Shown piece after piece: positions 34,426 through 44,859 of a stretch of 64,000 bases of DNA. Position 1 is the stretch's first letter; the number at the start of each line of letters is the position of its first letter. The DNA is taken from assembly GCF_003018255.1 (NCBI RefSeq), contig NZ_CP027440.1; one strand, 5' to 3'. The position numbers and the translations under genes are program-made. The notes beneath the pieces are model-generated. The model was not told where the DNA came from. It saw nothing but the letters and a program-made list of their open reading frames with translations, and ran no database searches. Source of the stretch: Escherichia coli (lineage in GTDB: Bacteria; Pseudomonadota; Gammaproteobacteria; Enterobacterales; Enterobacteriaceae).

Positions 34426-37400
34426 ATGAGCGGAAAACCAGCGGCGCGTCAGGGAGATATGACTCAGTATGGCGGTCCCATTGTCCAGGGTTCGGCAGGT
34501 GTAAGAATTGGCGCGCCCACCGGCGTGGCGTGCTCGGTGTGTCCGGGCGGGATGACTTCGGGCAACCCGGTAAATCCGCTGCTGGGGGCGAAGGTGCTGC
34601 CCGGCGAGACGGACCTTGCGCTGCCCGGCCCGCTGCCGTTCATTCTCTCCCGCACCTACAGCAGCTACCGGACGAAGACGCCTGCGCCGGTGGGGATTTT
34701 TGGCCCCGGCTGGAAAGCGCCTTCTGATATCCGCTTACAGATACGCGATGATGCACTGGTACTCAACGACAACGGCGGACGGAGCATTCACTTTGAGCCG
34801 CTGCTGCCGGGTGAGGCGGTGTACAGCCGCAGCGAGTCAATGTGGCTGGTGCGCGGTGGTAAGGCAGCGCAGCCGGACGGCCACACGCTGGGGCGGCTGT
34901 GGGGGGCGCTGCCGCCGGATATCCGGTTAAGCCCGCATCTTTACCTGGCGACCAGCAGCGCACAGGGACCGTGGTGGATACTGGGGTGGTCAGAGCGGGT
35001 GCCGGGTGCTGAGGACGTACTGCCAGCGCCGCTGCCGCCGTACCGGGTGCTGACGGGGCTGGCGGACCGCTTCGGGCGGACGCTGACGTACCGGCGTGAG
35101 GCCGCCGGCGACCTGGCCGGGGAAATCACCGGCGTGACGGACGGTGCCGGGCGTGAGTTCCGTCTGGTGCTGACCACGCAGGCGCAGCGTGCGGAAGAGG
35201 CCCGCACCTCTTCGCTATCTTCTTCTGACCGTCCCCGCCCTCTCTCAGTCTCAGCGTTCCCCGACACACTGCCCGGTACCGAATACGGCCCCGACAGGGG
35301 TATCCGCCTTTCGGCGGTGTGGCTGATGCACGACCCGGCATACCCGGAGAGCCTGCCCGGTGCGCCACTGGTGCGGTACACGTATACGGAAGCCGGTGAA
35401 CTGCTGGCGGTATATGACCGCAGCAATACGCAGGTGCGCGCTTTCACGTATGACGCGCAGCACCCGGGCCGGATGGTGGCGCACCGTTACGCGGGAAGGC
35501 CGGAGATGCGCTACCGCTACGACGATGCGGGGCGGGTGGTGGAGCAGCTGAACCCGGCAGGCCTGAGTTACCGCTACCAGTATGAGCAGGACCGCATCAC
35601 CGTCACCGACAGCCTGAACCGGCGTGAGGTGCTGCATACAGAAGGCGGGGCCGGGCTGAAGCGGGTGGTGAAAAAAGAACTGGCGGACGGCAGCGTCACG
35701 CACAGCGGGTATGACGCGGCAGGAAGGCTCACGGCACAGACGGACGCGGCGGGACGGCGGACAGAGTACGGCCTGAATGTGGTGTCCGGCGATATCACGG
35801 ATATCACCACGCCGGACGGGCGGGAGACGAAATTTTACTATAACGACGGGAACCAGTTAACGGCGGTGGTGTACCCGGACGGGCTGGAGAGCAGCCGGGC
35901 ATATGATGAGCTGGACAGACTGGTATCGGAGACATCGCGCAGCGGGGAGACAGTACGCTACCGCTACGATGACGTGCACAGTGAGTTACCGGCGACGACA
36001 ACGGATGCGACGGGCAGCACCCGGCAGATGACCTGGAGCCGCTACGGGCAGTTGCTGGCCTTCACCGACTGCTCGGGCTACCAGACCCGCTATGAATACG
36101 ACCGCTTCGGCCAGATGACGGCGGTTCACCGCGAGGAAGGTATCAGCCTTTACCGCCACTATGACAACCGTGGCCGGTTAACCTCGGTGAAAGACGCACA
36201 GGGCCGTGAAACGCAGTATGAGTACAACGCCGCAGGCGACCTGACTGCCGTTATCACCCCGGACGGCAACCGGAGCGAGACACAGTACGATGCGTGGGGA
36301 AAGGCGGTCAGCACCACGCAGGGCGGGCTGACGCGCAGTATGGAGTACGATGCTGCCGGACGTGTCATCAGCCTGACCAACGAGAACGGCAGTCACAGCG
36401 ACTTCAGCTACGATGCGCTGGACCGCCTGGTACAGCAGGGCGGCTTTGACGGGCGGACGCAACGTTATCATTATGACCTGACCGGAAAACTCACGCAGAG
36501 TGAAGATGAGGGGCTTGTCATCCTCTGGTACTACGATGAATCGGACCGTATCACTCACCGCACGGTGAACGGCGAACCGGCAGAGCAGTGGCAGTATGAT
36601 GGCCACGGCTGGCTGAGAGAAATCAGCCACCTGAGCGAAGGCCACCGTGTTGCCGTCCACTATGGCTACGACGATAAGGGCCGTCTGACCGGGGAGCGCC
36701 AGACGGTGGAGAACCCGGAGACGGGGGAACTGCTGTGGCAGCATGAGACGAAACAGGCATACAACGAACAGGGGCTGGCAAACCGCGTCACGCCGGACAG
36801 CCTGCCGCCGGTGGAGTGGCTGGCCTATGGCAGCGGTTATCTGGCGGGCATGAAGCTGGGCGGGACGCCGCTGCTGGAGTACATGCGGGACAGACTGCAC
36901 CGGGAGACGGTGCGCAGCTTCGGCAGCATGGCAGGCAATACAGCCGCATATGAACTGACCAGCACTTACACCCCCGCAGGCCAGTTACAGAGCCGGCACC
37001 TGAACAGCCTGGTGTTTGATTGTGACTATAACTGGAATGACAACGGCGACCTGATGCGCATCAGCGGCCCGCGACAGACGCGGGAATACGGCTACAGCGC
37101 CACGGGCAGGCTGGAGAGCGTGCGCACCCTCGCACCGGACCTGGACATCCGCATCCCGTATGCCACCGACCCGGCGGGCAACCGGCTGCCGGACCCGGAG
37201 CTGCACCCGGACAGTACACTCACAGTGTGGCCGGATAACCGAATCACCGAAGACGCGCACTACCTGTACCGTTACGATGAATACGGCAGGCTGGCGGAGA
37301 AGACGGACCGCATCCCGGCGGGTGTGATACGGACGGACGACGAGCGGACCCACCACTACCACTACGACAGCCAGCACCGCCTGGTGTTCTATACGCGGAT

Positions 37401-38586
37401 ACAGCATGGCGAGCCACTGGTCGAGAGCCGCTACCTTTACGACCCGCTGGGCCGCCGGACGGGTAAACGGGTATGGCGGCGGGAGCGTGACCTGACGGGG
37501 TGGATGTCGCTGTCGCGTAAACCGGAGGTGACGTGGTACGGCTGGGACGGCGACCACCTGACGACGGTGCAGACCGACACCACGCGTATCCAGACGGTAT
37601 ATCAGCCGGGGAGCTTCGCGCCGCTCATCCGCATCGAAACAGACAACGGTGAGCGGGAGAAAGCGCAGCGCCGCAGCCTGGCGGAGAAGCTGCAGCAGGA
37701 AGGGAGCGAGGACGGGCACGGCGTGGTATTTCCGGCTGAACTGGTGCGGCTGCTGGACAGACTGGAGGAAGAAATCCGGGCAGACCGCGTGAGCAGTGAA
37801 AGCCGGGCGTGGCTTGCGCAGTGCGGGCTGACGGTGGAGCAACTGGAAAAACAGGTGGAGCCGGAATACACACCGGCGCGAAAAGTTCATCTTTACCACT
37901 GCGACCACCGGGGACTGCCGCTGGCGCTTATCAGCGAAGACGGCAATACGGTGTGGAGCGCGGAGTATGATGAATGGGGAAACCTGCTTAATGAGGAGAA
38001 CCCGCATCATGTGTATCAGTCATACCGTCTGCCGGGGCAGCAGCATGATGAGGAGTCGGGGCTGTACTACAACCGGAACCGGTACTACGATCCGTTGCAG
38101 GGGCGGTATATCATCCAGGACCCGATAGGGCTGGCGGGGGGAATAAACCCGTACAGTTATGTTATGAACAATCCTGTGCAATGGATTGATCCATTGGGAT
38201 TAGCTCATACTTCAGGAAAATGGAAGGACTGTGGTAAAGGTTGTCGAATCCGAATAGATGGCGATGCTGTTGGTGACGGAAGACATTTGCATTGGGAGTG
38301 TAAAAATGGGAGTGGTGTAATGGGGGAATTTGGAGGTATGTCCCATGGTGAGGATTACTCATCAGCACCAAATAGCATTAAGAAATGTGCAAAAAAATAT
38401 GGTTTCGAGCCAGAACCAAGTAAAGATCTGTCATGCAAAACCTCCGGGCTATCAACTACTGATGCGGCTCTTGCAACTGGTGCTACAATTGGCGCAGGGT
38501 ATGTTATATATAGAGTGATTCGATTTATACCTTCACTTGCACCACCTCTTTGGTGGTCAATACCTGCAAACGTTGTTACTCCATGA
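34426..38586 (+). CDS. rhsE: Rhs-family polymorphic toxin with N-terminal PAAR motif, YD-repeat core and divergent C-terminal domain (1386 aa)
   Basis: Literal PAAR at residues 5-8 ([11 protein letters not shown]); numerous YD repeats; conserved core end DPIGLAGG...DPLGL at 38119-38202; sharp GC-rich to AT-rich switch after about 38160. Confidence 0.9.
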   Translation: MSGKPAARQGDMTQYGGPIVQGSAGVRIGAPTGVACSVCPGGMTSGNPVNPLLGAKVLPGETDLALPGPLPFILSRTYSSYRTKTPAPVGIFGPGWKAPSDIRLQIRDDALVLNDNGGRSIHFEPLLPGEAVYSRSESMWLVRGGKAAQPDGHTLGRLWGALPPDIRLSPHLYLATSSAQGPWWILGWSERVPGAEDVLPAPLPPYRVLTGLADRFGRTLTYRREAAGDLAGEITGVTDGAGREFRLVLTTQAQRAEEARTSSLSSSDRPRPLSVSAFPDTLPGTEYGPDRGIRLSAVWLMHDPAYPESLPGAPLVRYTYTEAGELLAVYDRSNTQVRAFTYDAQHPGRMVAHRYAGRPEMRYRYDDAGRVVEQLNPAGLSYRYQYEQDRITVTDSLNRREVLHTEGGAGLKRVVKKELADGSVTHSGYDAAGRLTAQTDAAGRRTEYGLNVVSGDITDITTPDGRETKFYYNDGNQLTAVVYPDGLESSRAYDELDRLVSETSRSGETVRYRYDDVHSELPATTTDATGSTRQMTWSRYGQLLAFTDCSGYQTRYEYDRFGQMTAVHREEGISLYRHYDNRGRLTSVKDAQGRETQYEYNAAGDLTAVITPDGNRSETQYDAWGKAVSTTQGGLTRSMEYDAAGRVISLTNENGSHSDFSYDALDRLVQQGGFDGRTQRYHYDLTGKLTQSEDEGLVILWYYDESDRITHRTVNGEPAEQWQYDGHGWLREISHLSEGHRVAVHYGYDDKGRLTGERQTVENPETGELLWQHETKQAYNEQGLANRVTPDSLPPVEWLAYGSGYLAGMKLGGTPLLEYMRDRLHRETVRSFGSMAGNTAAYELTSTYTPAGQLQSRHLNSLVFDCDYNWNDNGDLMRISGPRQTREYGYSATGRLESVRTLAPDLDIRIPYATDPAGNRLPDPELHPDSTLTVWPDNRITEDAHYLYRYDEYGRLAEKTDRIPAGVIRTDDERTHHYHYDSQHRLVFYTRIQHGEPLVESRYLYDPLGRRTGKRVWRRERDLTGWMSLSRKPEVTWYGWDGDHLTTVQTDTTRIQTVYQPGSFAPLIRIETDNGEREKAQRRSLAEKLQQEGSEDGHGVVFPAELVRLLDRLEEEIRADRVSSESRAWLAQCGLTVEQLEKQVEPEYTPARKVHLYHCDHRGLPLALISEDGNTVWSAEYDEWGNLLNEENPHHVYQSYRLPGQQHDEESGLYYNRNRYYDPLQGRYIIQDPIGLAGGINPYSYVMNNPVQWIDPLGLAHTSGKWKDCGKGCRIRIDGDAVGDGRHLHWECKNGSGVMGEFGGMSHGEDYSSAPNSIKKCAKKYGFEPEPSKDLSCKTSGLSTTDAALATGATIGAGYVIYRVIRFIPSLAPPLWWSIPANVVTP

Positions 38587-38612
38587 TTAAAACGGATAAT
38601 GGAGATTATATA

Positions 38613-38957
38613 ATGAGCGATTTTGACATTGTGAGTTCAATTGACTGGCATGATGGGGTTTTGTTAGAAGTAAAAACGACATTCAAAGAATCTCATTTTA
38701 ACATGACGTTATTTATTGACATTTATAAAAATGAGAACATTAGGGAAAAAATGATAGTTGAATTTTCTGATGTAGATGATTTAGTGTTCGCTATGGATTC
38801 TGCTGAGTTAATCGATAATCACAAGTCAGGTAATATAAGTAATGGGTATGTAAAGAAATTAAAAAACAAAAGGATATATAAATTTTTTCTTTATTTTTCT
38901 GATGGCTTATTAAGCATGACATTTAAAAATTTACAATTAATAAAACCATTAGAGTAA
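38613..38957 (+). CDS. Putative Rhs immunity protein (small AT-rich ORF downstream of the Rhs C-terminal domain)
   Basis: ORF 38550..38957; ATG 38613 preceded by GGAG at 8-nt spacing (114 aa); alternative ATG 38583 overlaps the rhsE stop as ATGA (124 aa); position and AT-richness typical of Rhs immunity genes. Confidence 0.55.
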   Translation: MSDFDIVSSIDWHDGVLLEVKTTFKESHFNMTLFIDIYKNENIREKMIVEFSDVDDLVFAMDSAELIDNHKSGNISNGYVKKLKNKRIYKFFLYFSDGLLSMTFKNLQLIKPLE

Positions 38958-39124
38958 CCAAATAAAAGGACTGGAGGAATCAGGGGAAGATCATTAAAGT
39001 TGTGATTATCATCACAACTTTAATCTTGGTTTCACCTTGTTGATTTGATTAAAATTTAATCGCCAAATAATTAAATATATTAGAAAAGGACGTCTGGTGA
39101 ACATTCAAAGTCTTCTTGAGCATA

Positions 39125-40415
39125 CAGGGAAAGATCATCAGAAGTACACTTTTTGTACTAAATAATTCGCATTTTATGTTTAAAAATTGAGATATTCCTC
39201 ATTACCTAAAGCTGTTTTTTATTGCTTATACATGATCAAATACTCCTTACATAATTAAGGAGAACAAAATGGAACTTAAAAAATTGATGGGACATATTTC
39301 TATTATCCCCGATTACAGACAAACCTGGAAAGTGGAACATAAATTGTCAGATATTCTACTGTTGATTATTAGTGCCGTTATTTCTGGTGCAGAAGGCTGG
39401 GAAGATATAGAGGATTTTGGGGAAACACATCTCGATTTTTTAAAGCAATATGGTGATTTTAAAAATGGTATTCCTGTTCACGATACCATTGCCAGAGTTG
39501 TATCCTGTATCAGTCCTGCAAAATTTCACGAGTGCTTTATTAACTGGATGCGTGACTGCCATTCTTCAGATGATAAAGACGTCATTGCAATTGATGGAAA
39601 AACGCTCCGGCATTCTTATGACAAGAGTCGTCGCAGGGGAGCGATTCATGTCATTAGTGCATTCTCAACAATGCACAGTCTGGTCATCGGACAGATCAGG
39701 ACGGATGAGAAATCTAATGAGATTACAGCTATCCCTGAACTTCTTAACATGCTGGACATTAAAGGAAAAATTATCACAACTGATGCGATGGGTTGCCAGA
39801 AAGATATTGCAGAGAAGATACAAAAACAGGGAGGTGATTATTTATTCTCTGTAAAAGGAAACCCGGGGCGGCTGAATAAAGCTTTTGAGGAAAAATTTCC
39901 ACTGAAAGAATTAAATAATCCAGAGCATGACAGTTACGCAATTAGTGAAAAGAGTCACGGCAGAGAAGAAATCCGTCTTCACATTGTTTGCGATGTCCCT
40001 GATGAACTTATTGATTTCACGTTTGAATGGAAAGGTCTGAAGAAATTATGCGTGGCAGTCTCCTTTCGGTCAATAATAGCAGAACAAAAGAAAGAGCCAG
40101 AAATGACGGTCAGATATTATATCAGTTCTGCTGATTTAACCGCAGAGATGTTCGCCACAGCAATCCGAAACCACTGGCACGTGGAGAATAAGCTGCACTG
40201 GCGTCTGGACGTGGTAATGAATGAAGACGACTGCAAAATAAGAAGAGGAAACGCCGCAGAATTATTTTCAGGGATACGGCACATCGCTATTAATATTTTA
40301 ACGAATGATAAGGTATTCAAGGCAGGGTTAAGACGTAAGATGCGAAAAGCAGCCATGGACAAAAACTATCTGGCGTCAGTCCTTGCGGGGAGCGGGCTTT
40401 CGTAATCTTTCCCTG
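39125..40415 (+). mobile_element. H-repeat element (ISAs1-family insertion sequence), copy 2, about 1291 bp, same orientation as copy 1
   Basis: Near-identical to 32462..33753 including terminal inverted repeats. Confidence 0.8.
39269..40405 (+). CDS. H-repeat-associated protein / ISAs1-family transposase (378 aa)
   Basis: 378-aa ORF with AAGGAG site; paralogue of 32607..33743. Confidence 0.85.
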   Translation: MELKKLMGHISIIPDYRQTWKVEHKLSDILLLIISAVISGAEGWEDIEDFGETHLDFLKQYGDFKNGIPVHDTIARVVSCISPAKFHECFINWMRDCHSSDDKDVIAIDGKTLRHSYDKSRRRGAIHVISAFSTMHSLVIGQIRTDEKSNEITAIPELLNMLDIKGKIITTDAMGCQKDIAEKIQKQGGDYLFSVKGNPGRLNKAFEEKFPLKELNNPEHDSYAISEKSHGREEIRLHIVCDVPDELIDFTFEWKGLKKLCVAVSFRSIIAEQKKEPEMTVRYYISSADLTAEMFATAIRNHWHVENKLHWRLDVVMNEDDCKIRRGNAAELFSGIRHIAINILTNDKVFKAGLRRKMRKAAMDKNYLASVLAGSGLS

Positions 40416-40419
40416 TATT

Positions 40420-40707
40420 GTGAAATCATCAAGAGTACATATAGATCATGATAAAGATATTTTTGATGGCCTTGACAAAATCTTGGCTTTTTCCGATAAA
40501 AATAAGCATGAGTATTTTTTATATATAAAGGCATATTGGCTCAGTTTATACTTTTGTGAAATTTCTCAGAAAGTGAGAGAAAGAGATAAGTTGTCATTTT
40601 ATTATGATGAATTTTCTGTCCGATTTCCTAATGTTGTCCTATATCCGACATACTTCCAATTGCATGGTTTAGCATCTGAAAAGTCATTGTTAATTCGAGA
40701 CGCTTGA
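40420..40707 (+). other. AT-rich reading frame open from the H-repeat right boundary (95 codons); probable 3' remnant of a gene truncated by the insertion
   Basis: Frame is open right at the element end; no recognisable product. Confidence 0.3.
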
Positions 40708-40986
40708 TTGTCCACTATATCAAAATAGTCATGCCCCGGAATTTTCTCACATTAGTCCATAAGGGATTCAATTTTTGTAATTGCACCCTGAAAAAACCGC
40801 AAAAGTGCTTTGTCGTGTCCTGTCGCAATGAAGTCTGGTGTTAATGTTATACTTTAATTGATATTTAAAGAGATGGCTTCTTTGCTTATATAAATACCCA
40901 TCTATTCTTTCTCAAAAATATTGGCTCAGATTAACCATGTTCCACGCAAACAATTTTCAAACATTCATCAATAGATAAGGAATTCC

Positions 40987-41454
40987 ATGATTATACGACC
41001 AGTCAAACCTTCAGATGTTGAACCATTACTGGATATGCTGCTTGCCAGTGGACAATTTAATCAAGATGGCCTTCATCATGTACAAAAAACACTAACACAT
41101 TATTTCTCAGGTCAATCTGCCGATTTATGGTTTAGTGCAGAACACTTAGGACTGGCAGGGATTGCCTATTGCGCTCCTGAAGTGATGACAAATGATGTCT
41201 GGAATTTATTAATGCACTGGATCAGTCCTTCCCATCAGCGCCAGGGAGTGGGACATCTGCTGATTAACGAAATAGAAAAGGAGCTCACAATTAAACAGGC
41301 AAGACTACTTTTAGTAGAGACCTCCAGCTATGTCGATTTTAGTGCCGCCCGCGCATTTTATACATAACAGGGCTTTATCAATGAAGCTATAATACGCAAT
41401 TACTATGATGTTGGTGAGGATAAATTAATCTTCACTAAAAATATGCAATCGTGA
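40987..41454 (+). pseudogene. GNAT-family N-acetyltransferase interrupted by an in-frame TAA at 41365-41367
   Basis: ORF 40987..41367 (126 aa) continues in the same frame for 28 more codons to TGA 41452-41454; sequence around the stop reads AFYT*QGF versus the GNAT consensus FY.K.GF. Confidence 0.6.
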
Positions 41455-41520
41455 GATAAAATATGCTTTTAACTCATATTGAAACATTGCTTAAGCAACT
41501 TGGTTGCTGCATATGATTCT

Positions 41521-42090
41521 TTAGCCCGCGGTGACTCGCTTGCCGCTGGTAACAAACGTGCCAGCGCCTAAATGATGCAACGTATTGAGCTTATCATCAT
41601 CAAACTGCCAGCGGCCTTCGACAAATACCCGTGCGTCTGCCGCTGCTGATACCACTTCGCCAAACAGCGTGTCGTATTTCTCTTGCGCGGAAGTCGCTGG
41701 TAGCAATCGGCACTCCATCCACGCCAGACATTTCTCTTCAACAAGTGGCAAACCAAGCACCGGACCTTTCACCACCGGAATGCCATAGCAATAAAATTTA
41801 TCCTCTTCACGCCCAGATACACTTCCCACTGCCCACGTCCAGTTAGTCGCTGCAACGCCTGGGATAACGATGCCAAATTTACCGTTACGCTCAATCAACT
41901 CCCTGGTCCATGTCGACTTATCTACCACAATCGCCACGCGTGGAGGTTCAAACTCCACCGGCATTGACCAGGCTGCAGCCATAATGTTACGCCGCTGGGA
42001 TTGCTCATCGAAACTGGTGATCAAGACAGTTGGGCCATGATTTAACAGACGGCTGGCATGGTGTAATTCGACGGGAATGAATTGGCTCAC
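41521..42090 (-). CDS. yddH: Flavin reductase-like domain protein
   Basis: 189-aa ORF; recognised as YddH. Confidence 0.8.
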   Translation of the reverse strand: MSQFIPVELHHASRLLNHGPTVLITSFDEQSQRRNIMAAAWSMPVEFEPPRVAIVVDKSTWTRELIERNGKFGIVIPGVAATNWTWAVGSVSGREEDKFYCYGIPVVKGPVLGLPLVEEKCLAWMECRLLPATSAQEKYDTLFGEVVSAAADARVFVEGRWQFDDDKLNTLHHLGAGTFVTSGKRVTAG

Positions 42091-42264
42091 GATATCGCCT
42101 CGCTATGAAGGGTGTTTTAAAAGCGTAGCTCGTAACGCAATAAGTAACGAAATTAACGGGATTGGCGATTTGCGAACGTGATGCATGTCCGCGATCGCAC
42201 AAAATAGCCGGTGCGGCGTCTATTCCAGGTTATAAGTTGAGAAAACCACTAAGGGAAACGCCTG

Positions 42265-43110
42265 ATGACGCCCATTCTGAATCATTATTTTGCCCGTATT
42301 AACTGGTCGGGAGCTGCTGCGGCCAATATTGATACGCTTCGTGCATTGCACCTGAAACACAATTGCACCATTCCGTTTGAAAACCTCGACGTTTTGCTGC
42401 CGAGGGAAATACAGCTTGATGATCAATCGCTGGAAGAGAAACTGGTGATAGCCCGTCGTGGTGGTTACTGTTTTGAGCAGAATGGCGTGTTTGAGCGGGT
42501 GTTACGCGAGCTGGGGTTTAACGTTCGCAGCTTGTTAGGGCGCGTAGTGTTATCAAATCCGCCAGCATTACCGCCGCGCACCCATCGTTTGCTGTTGGTG
42601 GAACTGGAAGGGGAAAAATGGATTGCTGATGTCGGTTTCGGTGGGCAGACGCTAACCGCGCCGATTCGTTTAATGCCGGATATCATGCAAACCACGCCAC
42701 ACGGAGAGTATCGGTTGTTGCAAGAGGGTGATGATTGGGTGTTGCAGTTTAATCATCATCAGCACTGGCAGTCGATGTACCGTTTTGATCTCTGCGAGCA
42801 GCAACAAAGCGATTATGTGATGGGCAATTTCTGGTCGGCGCACTGGCCGCAGTCGCATTTTCGCCATCATTTGCTGATGTGTCGCCATTTGCCGGACGGT
42901 GGCAAGCTAACGCTGACCAATTTTCATTTTACCCATTATGAAAATGGGCACGCAGTTGAGCAGCGAAATCTACCAGATGTGGCGTCGTTATATGCCGTGA
43001 TGCAGGAACAGTTTGGTCTGGGCGTAGATGATGCGAAACATGGCTTTACTGTGGATGAGTTAGCGCTGGTGATGGCGGCGTTTGATACGCACCCGGAGGC
43101 GGGAAAATAA
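42265..43110 (+). CDS. nhoA: Arylamine N-acetyltransferase (N-hydroxyarylamine O-acetyltransferase)
   Basis: 281-aa ORF; NAT-family catalytic Cys in RRGGYCFEQN. Confidence 0.9.
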   Translation: MTPILNHYFARINWSGAAAANIDTLRALHLKHNCTIPFENLDVLLPREIQLDDQSLEEKLVIARRGGYCFEQNGVFERVLRELGFNVRSLLGRVVLSNPPALPPRTHRLLLVELEGEKWIADVGFGGQTLTAPIRLMPDIMQTTPHGEYRLLQEGDDWVLQFNHHQHWQSMYRFDLCEQQQSDYVMGNFWSAHWPQSHFRHHLLMCRHLPDGGKLTLTNFHFTHYENGHAVEQRNLPDVASLYAVMQEQFGLGVDDAKHGFTVDELALVMAAFDTHPEAGK

Positions 43111-43123
43111 TTTATGTCAGGTT

Positions 43124-43200
43124 GCCGGATGTGGCGTAAACGCCTTATCCGGCCTACATTAGCCCGGTTGTAGACCTGATAAGCGAAGCGCATCAGGCAA
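43124..43200. repeat. REP pair (BIME-like): gccggatgtggcgtaaacgccttatccggcctaca and inverted partner
   Basis: Matches the canonical E. coli REP consensus; between convergent nhoA and yddE. Confidence 0.7.
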
Positions 43201-43205
43201 CGGTT

Positions 43206-44099
43206 TCAGAGTTCAATTGCCCATTCGGCATGAAACAAAATCACCGCCACGCCAGAAATGGTGACTTTCTCCGGTTGGTTATCACGAATTGTCACCGTCA
43301 CTTCAATCACGCCGTCACGCCCTAATGCGCGCCCCTGATGGCCTTTAACACGCAACACGTTGCCATCGTGGGGCAATACGTTGTGATGTACTAACCATGC
43401 ACCCATCGGGCCATTGGCATTGCCAGTCACCGGATCTTCCACAATACCAATGGCAGGCGAGAACATACGACCGTCGGTTTCGTTTTTGTCTGGGCGGATC
43501 TGGAACGGGAAGAAACCATTGCAGCCAATCTGTTTGCTGATAGCGGTCAGCGCATTAAGGTCAGGCGAAAGGGCGTCGATATCCACTTCCGGTTTCAGTG
43601 GGATCATCACTTTTGAGTGTCCTGTGGTTGCCACCTGAATTGGCAAGCCTGGCAGAATATCGTCTTCAGTGAGATGAAGCGCGTTGATAATCGCCGCACG
43701 TGTTTCACCTTCCAGCGGTGACTCAAAGCCCGGCGTACCTTGTTCCAGCGAAATACGATAATCATCGTTGTGCTTTTCGATAGTCACGCGATGTTTTCCT
43801 GCCAGCGATGTTTGCCAGACCGTGCAATTTCCTAAACCTAACACCTTTGCACGTACATAGTGCGCAGCTACTGTCGCGTGACCACAAATCGGAACTTCAA
43901 CCGTTGGCGTAAAGTAGCGGATGCGCACATCGCTGTCGTCGCTGTGCAGCAGAAAAGCAGTTTCCGAATGACCTAACTCGCGGGCGATAAGCTGCATTTG
44001 CGCTTCACTGAGATTATCGGCGGGGAAAACAACACCGGCAGAATTGCCGCGAAACGGTTGAGAGGTAAAAGCATCGACGTGGTAAACCTGCGGTTTCAT
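43206..44099 (-). CDS. yddE: PhzF-family isomerase-like protein
   Basis: 297-aa ORF; recognised as YddE. Confidence 0.85.
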   Translation of the reverse strand: MKPQVYHVDAFTSQPFRGNSAGVVFPADNLSEAQMQLIARELGHSETAFLLHSDDSDVRIRYFTPTVEVPICGHATVAAHYVRAKVLGLGNCTVWQTSLAGKHRVTIEKHNDDYRISLEQGTPGFESPLEGETRAAIINALHLTEDDILPGLPIQVATTGHSKVMIPLKPEVDIDALSPDLNALTAISKQIGCNGFFPFQIRPDKNETDGRMFSPAIGIVEDPVTGNANGPMGAWLVHHNVLPHDGNVLRVKGHQGRALGRDGVIEVTVTIRDNQPEKVTISGVAVILFHAEWAIEL

Positions 44100-44178
44100 T
44101 AATGTTCTCCTGTGGCTGGAGAACTATCATAGCCTGCAAGTGGCCGGAGAGCGAAGGGCTGTCCGGCCCGCGTGAGAA

Positions 44179-44859
44179 TTAACGCCGCGAACGCACAATC
44201 TGATACCGACGAGTAAAGTACTCAAACGGCGCGCTCCAGACATGCACCAGTCGGGTGAACGGGAAGAGCAGGAAGATGGTCATTCCAAGCACCAGATGAA
44301 CGCGGAATATAAAGGCGACACCATCAAGATGCGTAGATGCACCGCCCTGGAAAGTGACAATGCTTTGCGCCCAGCCCACCAGCTTCATCATTTCACTGCC
44401 GTCCGGATGTTGTGCTGAAAAAGGAATGGTGGTTAACCCAAGAATGCACTGAATTAACAAAATGGCGAGGATCAGGATATCCGCACCAGAAGACGTCGCC
44501 CTGATACGCGGATTTGTTAAACGACGCACCAGTAGCCCCGCACCGCCAATCAGCGTCAATACCCCGCATATTCCGCCGAGGATCATCGCCATCTGCTGTT
44601 TTACCGCCACCGGCAGAAACCACGCGTACATCCAGTGCGGCGTTAACATGCCGAACAGATGACCGAAGAAGATCCCCAGAATGCCGATATGGAACAAGTT
44701 CGACCATAGCACCATCCCGCGTTTATCCAGCATCTGGCTGGAGGCGGCACGCCAGGTATACTGCCCGTAATCGTAGCGCAGCCAGCTTCCAAGGATAAAA
44801 ACCGTGCCACACAAGTACGGGTAGATATCGTAAAAAAAGACGTTCAGATACTGAATCAT
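44179..44859 (-). CDS. narV: Nitrate reductase Z gamma subunit (cytochrome b)
   Basis: 226-aa hydrophobic ORF at the end of the narZYWV operon. Confidence 0.9.
   Translation of the reverse strand: MIQYLNVFFYDIYPYLCGTVFILGSWLRYDYGQYTWRAASSQMLDKRGMVLWSNLFHIGILGIFFGHLFGMLTPHWMYAWFLPVAVKQQMAMILGGICGVLTLIGGAGLLVRRLTNPRIRATSSGADILILAILLIQCILGLTTIPFSAQHPDGSEMMKLVGWAQSIVTFQGGASTHLDGVAFIFRVHLVLGMTIFLLFPFTRLVHVWSAPFEYFTRRYQIVRSRR

Noticed and set aside
34419-34930. Alternative-frame ORFs overlapping the rhsE 5' end (34419..34727, 34616..34930)
   Set aside because: Arg-rich frames produced by GC-rich sequence; the PAAR-containing frame starting at 34426 is the supported one.
36985-38010. 341-aa minus-strand ORF (and 36178..36900, 35251..35703, 34941..35447) antisense to rhsE
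   Set aside because: They lie entirely inside the GC-rich Rhs core on the opposite strand; long antisense ORFs are expected in GC-rich repeat-rich coding sequence; Arg/Ala/Pro-rich low-complexity products.
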